Shown: piece by piece, positions 58,434 to 64,000 of the stretch
How positions within the stretch are numbered: position 1 is the stretch's first letter
Layout of the letters: the number at the start of each line of letters is the position of its first letter
Assembly: GCA_964579525.1 (NCBI GenBank)
Contig: CAZOHW010000001.1
Location: 80,569-144,568 of the forward strand
Source: an uncultured Nitrospira sp.
GTDB taxonomy: Bacteria; Nitrospirota; Nitrospiria; Nitrospirales; Nitrospiraceae
Direction of reading: 5' to 3'
DNA length: 64,000 nucleotides
Notes under the pieces: generated by a model
The model's database searches: none
What the model was told of the DNA's origin: nothing
Seen by the model: the letters and a program-made list of their open reading frames with translations, nothing else
Program-made: the position numbers and the translations under genes

Positions 58434-59303
58434 ATGTCTGACTGCTGCAACAGTTTTGGAGAAGCAACCAGATCGGGAGAGTCAGTCTTGTGTCACCTTT
58501 GCGGCCGCGAAGGCCAGCCGGTCGATCGGATGACGGTCGAGGCGCTGCTCAAGCCAGAGGCGCGGAGTGAAGTCGATGGGAGTCCCTACCAGTTCTGTGA
58601 CGCTCTGGACTGCCCGGTCGTGTACTACGCCGCCGACGGGACGCAGTTCAAGAAGGACCAGGTTCGAGTGCGGGTTGGGCTGAAGGAGACGGAGGATCCG
58701 GTTCCGGTCTGTTACTGCTTTCAGGTGACGGAACGCATGATCCATGAGGAGATTCAACGGACCGGACGGTCGTCGGCGTCCGACTATATTCGGGCCGAGG
58801 TCAAGGCGGGCCACTGCCGATGCGAGGTGGAGAATCCGTCGGGCAGGTGCTGCTTGGGTGACGTAATCCAAGCAGAGAAACGGGCATCGAGTGACATGAC
58901 GGGAGCGGCGGCCCTGGCGAAACCGTCAACGCCGGCGGTGGCATCGACGTCAGCCGGGGGGCTTCTCGCCGCATTCCTCGCGTCGATCTGCTGCATCGGC
59001 CCGTTGGTCCTTGCGGCCTTGGGCGTTGGTGTGGGCGCGACGGGATTCCTGGCCGCCGTAGCGGGAGTACTCAAGACCTTCTTGCCCTATCGACCGCTGT
59101 TCATTGGGCTGACGGTGGTATTCCTGGGCGTCAGCTTTTACTTGGCCTACTGGAAGCCAACCGTCATGGATGCCTCCTGCCAGGCCTGTGCGCCGGCGTC
59201 AGGTGCTCGTGCGAATCGATGGCTTCTCTGGATCATTGCCGGCCTCGCGGTGGCGCTGGTGCTGGCGCCATATTGGTTGGAATTACTGTGGACAGCCTCA
59301 TGA
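58434..59303 (+). CDS. Zn/2Fe-2S (CopZ-N/BFD-like) domain fused to MerT-like transporter
   Basis: CHLC, FC..DCPVVY, VCYCF and CEVENPSGRCC, then ASICCIGP..YRP.F..CQAC. Confidence 0.8.
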   Translation: MSDCCNSFGEATRSGESVLCHLCGREGQPVDRMTVEALLKPEARSEVDGSPYQFCDALDCPVVYYAADGTQFKKDQVRVRVGLKETEDPVPVCYCFQVTERMIHEEIQRTGRSSASDYIRAEVKAGHCRCEVENPSGRCCLGDVIQAEKRASSDMTGAAALAKPSTPAVASTSAGGLLAAFLASICCIGPLVLAALGVGVGATGFLAAVAGVLKTFLPYRPLFIGLTVVFLGVSFYLAYWKPTVMDASCQACAPASGARANRWLLWIIAGLAVALVLAPYWLELLWTAS

Positions 59304-59344
59304 AGGCGCCTCTGTCGAGACGTGCGGAAAGGAGGTGAATCGCG

Positions 59345-59755
59345 ATGAGAGGGACCTGGCTTCGAGTGAGTATGATGGTGTTCGGTGTCATGATCTGGAC
59401 TCACGCTGTGGCGGATGCCGCTGCTTCGCAAGCGACGACGCCGGCGAGTCCGGCCGGAGAGGTTATCACGCTCAAGATCGACGGGTGGACCTGCGCCAGT
59501 TGCGAGAAAGACATTCGCCGTGTGCTGCTTGCCGTGCCGGGCGTGAAATCCGCAGACGTGCATTATGCCCGCGGCGGAGCAGTCGTCGAGATCGCGCCTG
59601 GTCGAGTCAGCGGTGACCAGTTGGTGCAAGCGGTTGCGAGCGCGGGAACGATTCTCTCCTCGTATCGGGCCACGGTGGTGCCGAACGGCACCCTCACGGT
59701 GCGAGCCGGTGAGCATGACGGAGCCATGAGCTGGTTTTGGAACCTTTTCAAGTAG
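59345..59755 (+). CDS. MerP-like periplasmic HMA protein
   Basis: Signal peptide; GWTCASC; AAGGAGGTGA RBS. Confidence 0.8.
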   Translation: MRGTWLRVSMMVFGVMIWTHAVADAAASQATTPASPAGEVITLKIDGWTCASCEKDIRRVLLAVPGVKSADVHYARGGAVVEIAPGRVSGDQLVQAVASAGTILSSYRATVVPNGTLTVRAGEHDGAMSWFWNLFK

Positions 59756-59903
59756 TGGCTACCTGGACTGGACGCTCATGCAAGGAAACCACCATGGAAC
59801 ACAACCGCTCTCTCATAGGAACCGTAGCGTGTATCCTCGCGGTGTTCTGCCTGCGTGGTCAGCTGCCTGGAATCTGGAGAGTGGCGTGGCCGGAGAGTCG
59901 GCC

Positions 59904-61600
59904 ATGAAACGGTCCATGAGCCTGCCCACGGTCGGTTCGGTTATTGCTTTGTGGATCGGCGTGCACGCCATCGCGTGGGCGGATGACGCGTCAACCCTGA
60001 TTGCTGACCGTGGTCAAGCCTGGCAGCAGGGACGGTCCAAAGACATCGTTGATCGCTTTGACGAGGCGCTCCGACTTGCCCCTAAGGACTACCGGATTCG
60101 AAAAGCCTATGGGGATTTTCTTACCGCGAGCCGTCGAAACGAAGAGGCCCTCGCGGCATACCGAGGTACGGTCGAGCTTGGCCCGGATGCTCTTGATTCA
60201 CTGGGCCACTTGGAGCTTGCTGGATCGTATGGGGGCGCAGGACCAGGCTATTCTTAGTTTGAAGGAAGTGGTGCGGCTTGATCCCGAAAATCTGTTGGCC
60301 CACCTCCGACTGGCGAAAGCGCTCCGCACCGTAGACCGTTTGGAAGAATCTGTCGAAAGGTAGGGGAAAGCAGTCAGACGCGACCCTGAGCAGATGACCT
60401 TCCGTCTGCAATGCGCGCGGGCGTTATTCGACTTGCTCCGGTATGACGAGGCGCGGCGCGAGGTCGAGGCGGTGCTCGTACGAGCCCCGCAGGATTGTCC
60501 AGAAGCGGCGGCGCAGAACTTGTTCGGCATCTTCACAGGTGGCTCAGCAGACAAAGGCCGGCGTGACGATTACAGTAAGCACATTACGATTCGTGGCGTG
60601 GATATGCGGCGCGCGGCAAGCAATGGGCACTGATGCGCGGCACGGCCTGACCGTTGATGCGAGAGGAACGCTATGCAGAAGCCGAGCCGGTACTCCGCGA
60701 AGCGCTCGCGATCGATTCCGGCGATCATAAGGCGCTCTATGACCTGGGCCTCACCCTCATGAGGTTGGGCCGCCAGGAAGAAGCCATCGCTTCGTTTCGA
60801 GAAGGGATTCGGCTGACCAAGTTTGCCGAATGGTATCCGGACTCGCTCTACCAGATCGGGCGATGTCTCGCGAAGCTGGGACGGTGGGACGAGGCGCGCG
60901 CACGGTTCGAACGGGTGATCGAGATCCAAGATTGGCGCACCGATACGGTCTACGGCATGACCATTCCGGATCTCATAGCTGTCCGCGCCTCGTTGGAAGA
61001 GGAACGCTCCCACCTCGGCCCTGTGGGTCGAAATCCAGCGATTTCCCGGACAGAACTCGCCGTTGAACTCATTCGACTGCGATCGGAAACTGATCCCATG
61101 CCCGCCACAGGTCCAGGGAAGCCGTTGTCTGAGGCGATCCCGCTGCCGACGCAGGTCGCCCCGCTCGGCTCCGGCGATGCGCAAGGCTGGTTTCGACAGG
61201 TGGTGCCTACACGGGGTGTTGTGCAAGACGATCTGCCGACCGGGCTCCAGGAATTCATCCCAATCGGACCCACCGATACCTTCATTCCGGACGATCCGGA
61301 AGTCATCGTCGTCTTCACGCTGACCAGCATCCCCTACGACGAAATCACGTTGACTACCAGCTGGTTGGCCGAGCGCGCCGGGACCGCGCCGCCCAATACC
61401 CTGATCGGCACGGATACAGCGCTGCTGACGCTCAATGACAAGTCGAGCTACACGCGATTGAAACGACCCAAAGAGGGCTGGCCAATCGGCGTCTACCGCG
61501 TGGACTTCTATGCGTGGACTTCTATGTAGGGGATCAGGTCGACGCCTACACGCACACGGCAGAAGCGCGATTCCGTAACATGGCGAAGGCCTCTCCCTGA
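59904..61600 (+). pseudogene. Disrupted secreted TPR-repeat protein gene
   Basis: TPR segments spread across frames (59904-, 60001-, 60394-, 60654-); in-frame TAG at 60361-60363; 14-bp tandem duplication at 61499-61526. Confidence 0.75.
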
Positions 61601-61658
61601 TTGCATGACGCGCTCAGTCGGCCTCTCGTCGGCCGGGCCAGTGAACAGGAGGGCTACA

Positions 61659-63068
61659 ATGAGTGAACGCAAGGACTATAATCTCGTGACCATCGGGGGT
61701 GGGTCCGCCGCCTTTGCCGCCGCCATCAAGGCAGCGGAGCTCGGAGCTCGCGTAGCCATTGTGGAGAAAGGCACCATCGGTGGGACCTGCGTCAACATTG
61801 GCTGTGTGCCATCGAAAACGCTTATCAAGGCGGCGGAGCTCTGCTATCACTCAGCCTATCCACAGTTCGAAGGCCTGACTGCGTGCCCACCTCCCTCGGA
61901 CTGGCAGCGGGTGGTGCAGAAAAAGGACGAGCTCGTCGGCGCCTTACGCCAAGGCAAGTATGTCGATGTTGCTGCGGTCTATCCCACCATCACGATCATC
62001 AAAGGGGAAGCCAAACTCCTGGGAGGACGTCGTGTGGGCGTGAACGGCGCGGTGTATGAGCCGGAGAAGATCGTCGTGGCAACGGGCTCTTCCCCTTGGG
62101 CTCCATCCATTCCCGGACTCCAGGAAGCCGGTTTTCTCGATAGTGAGCAGGCGCTCAGCCTGGATGTCTTGCCGGCCTCGCTGATTGTGATCGGGGGAGG
62201 CAGCATCGGCCTGGAGTTTGCGCAACTCTTTGCGCGATTCGGGGTGCAGGTGACGGTGCTGGAGTCCGGGCCGCATGTGGCGAGAGCGGAGGAACCAGAG
62301 ATCGGACAGGCGTTGGTGCGCTACCTGGAAGGAGAAAAAGTCCGGATCTGCACCAATATCACGATTAGCCGGGTGGAACGGCAAGACGGAGAATACGTCG
62401 TGTATACCGAATCCGACGGAAAACCGGAGATCTGCCCAGCCCAGCAATTGCTGGTTGCAACGGGCCGGCGTCCCAACACTAACAGTCTCGGGTTGGAACA
62501 AGCCGGAGTGCAGTTGGGATCAAAGGGCGAAATCGTCGTAAACGAACACTTGCAAACAATCAATCCCGACATTTATGCCGCTGGCGACTGTCTCGGCGAT
62601 CCCATGTACGTCTACGTCGCTGCCTACGCGGGGGGATTGGCGGCCGAGAATGCCCTCACCGGCGTCGGCAAGATTTTCGACCTCACAGCTTTGCCGCATG
62701 TCACGTTCACCGACCCACAGATTGCCAGCGTGGGACTGACCGAACAGCAGGCGAAGGCCAAGGGGTTGCCGGTGCAAACCGCGCTGCTGCCGCTGGACCA
62801 TGTCCCTCGGGCGCTGGCGTCTCGGAACACGAAGGGGCTCATCAAGCTGGTGGCGGAGGGGGAAACCGGCCGTCTGCTGGGCGCCCATGTGTTGGCAGCG
62901 GAAGCGGGCGAAGTGATCCAGGAAGCCGCCTTGGCGATCCGGTTTGGACTCACAGTGCAGGACTTGGCCAACACATTTCATCCGTACTTGACGATGGTCG
63001 AAGGACTGAAGCTGGCCGCGCTGACCTTCAAGAAAGATGTGAGAAAGTTATCCTGTTGCGCAGGGTAG
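61659..63068 (+). CDS. merA: Mercuric reductase lacking the N-terminal NmerA domain
   Basis: GGGSAAFAAA, GGTCVNIGCVPSK, FHPYLTMVEGLKL, C-terminal SCCAG; AGGAGG RBS. Confidence 0.95.
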   Translation: MSERKDYNLVTIGGGSAAFAAAIKAAELGARVAIVEKGTIGGTCVNIGCVPSKTLIKAAELCYHSAYPQFEGLTACPPPSDWQRVVQKKDELVGALRQGKYVDVAAVYPTITIIKGEAKLLGGRRVGVNGAVYEPEKIVVATGSSPWAPSIPGLQEAGFLDSEQALSLDVLPASLIVIGGGSIGLEFAQLFARFGVQVTVLESGPHVARAEEPEIGQALVRYLEGEKVRICTNITISRVERQDGEYVVYTESDGKPEICPAQQLLVATGRRPNTNSLGLEQAGVQLGSKGEIVVNEHLQTINPDIYAAGDCLGDPMYVYVAAYAGGLAAENALTGVGKIFDLTALPHVTFTDPQIASVGLTEQQAKAKGLPVQTALLPLDHVPRALASRNTKGLIKLVAEGETGRLLGAHVLAAEAGEVIQEAALAIRFGLTVQDLANTFHPYLTMVEGLKLAALTFKKDVRKLSCCAG

Positions 63069-63124
63069 CGGAACCAGGTAACGAAGGTAAGGCGTGAGGC
63101 GCAACCTCAGCACGGAGGTGTGAG

Positions 63125-63349
63125 ATGACAGACTGTGGATGGATGCCCATGATGGGCGCGGGGTTGCTATTTATGGTGCTGTTCTGGGTGTTGGTGATCT
63201 CGGGGGTCGTCTACCTCGTCAGATGGCTGATGGGCCAGGGGATTGCTGGACGACCGGAATCGAGCCTGGACATCCTCAAGAAACGGTACGCGCGTGGTGA
63301 CATCAACAAGCAAGAATTTGAGGAAATGAAACGGGTCTTGCAGGCCTAG
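63125..63349 (+). CDS. SHOCT-domain membrane protein
   Basis: TM helix followed by LDILKKRYARGDINKQEFEE. Confidence 0.85.
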   Translation: MTDCGWMPMMGAGLLFMVLFWVLVISGVVYLVRWLMGQGIAGRPESSLDILKKRYARGDINKQEFEEMKRVLQA

Positions 63350-63409
63350 GTTCCGTTTTCCACGGAGACCCATCAAGAGCCAGACCCTTACACCTGGAGG
63401 TTGGAGACT

Positions 63410-63946
63410 ATGCAGCACACAATCTGCCGAATTCTGGTTTGTGCCTTCCTCGTTCTGTTCACAGGCAGCTTCGCTGAGGCACAACAAGCGGCGCCATTGC
63501 GCATCCTCATCCACGTGAAGACGTCGCTGGCTGAGGACGACGCGCAAATCTGCGCCGTGCCCAATGTGGCTTGGGCGGCAGTCAAGGCGGGCCACAAAGT
63601 TACGATTCTGGTAGATGCAAGCGCGGTGACTTCAGTGACTAGGGGCTTTGGGTGGTTTCGACGCCTGGTCGGCTCGGACACGACAGCGCTCGACCGCGCT
63701 GCTCTGCCTGACCGAGAAAGGGAGAGCCTCTCCGAGCAGATGGGCGTGCCGCTCGAGCAGATCCCGCACACCTATGGTGAGTATTTCGACGTCCTCAAGA
63801 AGATGGGAGTCGAGATCTACGGCAACCGGACGATGATGCTGCTTTATAAGATTGACCCGGCGCGAGTAGCCGCTTCGATAACGCCTATTCCACTGGCAAG
63901 GATGGTGGAGCTGTTCGCAGCCGCCGACCGGATCATTGTGTATTAG
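63410..63946 (+). CDS. DsrE-like secreted protein
   Basis: Signal peptide; ILIHV..C..A..GHKVTILVD..GVEIY..ADRIIVY. Confidence 0.65.
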   Translation: MQHTICRILVCAFLVLFTGSFAEAQQAAPLRILIHVKTSLAEDDAQICAVPNVAWAAVKAGHKVTILVDASAVTSVTRGFGWFRRLVGSDTTALDRAALPDRERESLSEQMGVPLEQIPHTYGEYFDVLKKMGVEIYGNRTMMLLYKIDPARVAASITPIPLARMVELFAAADRIIVY

Positions 63947-64000
63947 GAACACCGTTGACGGGTGTGATATGGGGGAATAGACTAACGGCATGCGAGTACA

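Noticed and set aside
1-64000. tRNA, rRNA or cobalamin riboswitch
   Set aside because: None recognisable by eye; a covariance-model search is needed to exclude them

Overview
The window falls into two parts. Positions ~1-43.9 kb are the backbone of a large mobile element (plasmid or ICE). It contains the 3' end of an IS200/IS605 tnpB element, an XRE / sigma-like regulatory switch, an intein-containing UvrD helicase and an intein-containing class II ribonucleotide reductase. It also has a type IV coupling protein, TraT, a Ycf46-like AAA+ ATPase with its Walker motifs in swapped order, a primase, an SF2 helicase, a DNA methyltransferase and its own beta-clamp. Further along are a six-gene PRTRC-type prokaryotic ubiquitin-like operon (E, C, F, E2, JAB, E1), a LuxR solo, and a parA-parB-[iteron origin]-rep replicon with a perfect DnaA box and candidate parS palindromes. 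After a tyrosine recombinase (44.1-45.2 kb) comes metal(loid) cargo: an arsM-arsR-arsS-pstSCAB-pstS-porin cluster and a mer operon with a co-oriented merR, interrupted by a decayed TPR gene. The most striking signals are the permuted AAA+ domain, a ubiquitin-like protein whose conjugation Gly sits before a C-terminal extension, beta-clamp-binding motifs on several element proteins, a sigma region-2 protein with three novel repeats, a GIY-YIG-like intein insert, and the iteron/parS replicon. All family calls come from reading motifs by eye; no database search was run. A Nitrospira-like host is only an impression from the cargo genes.
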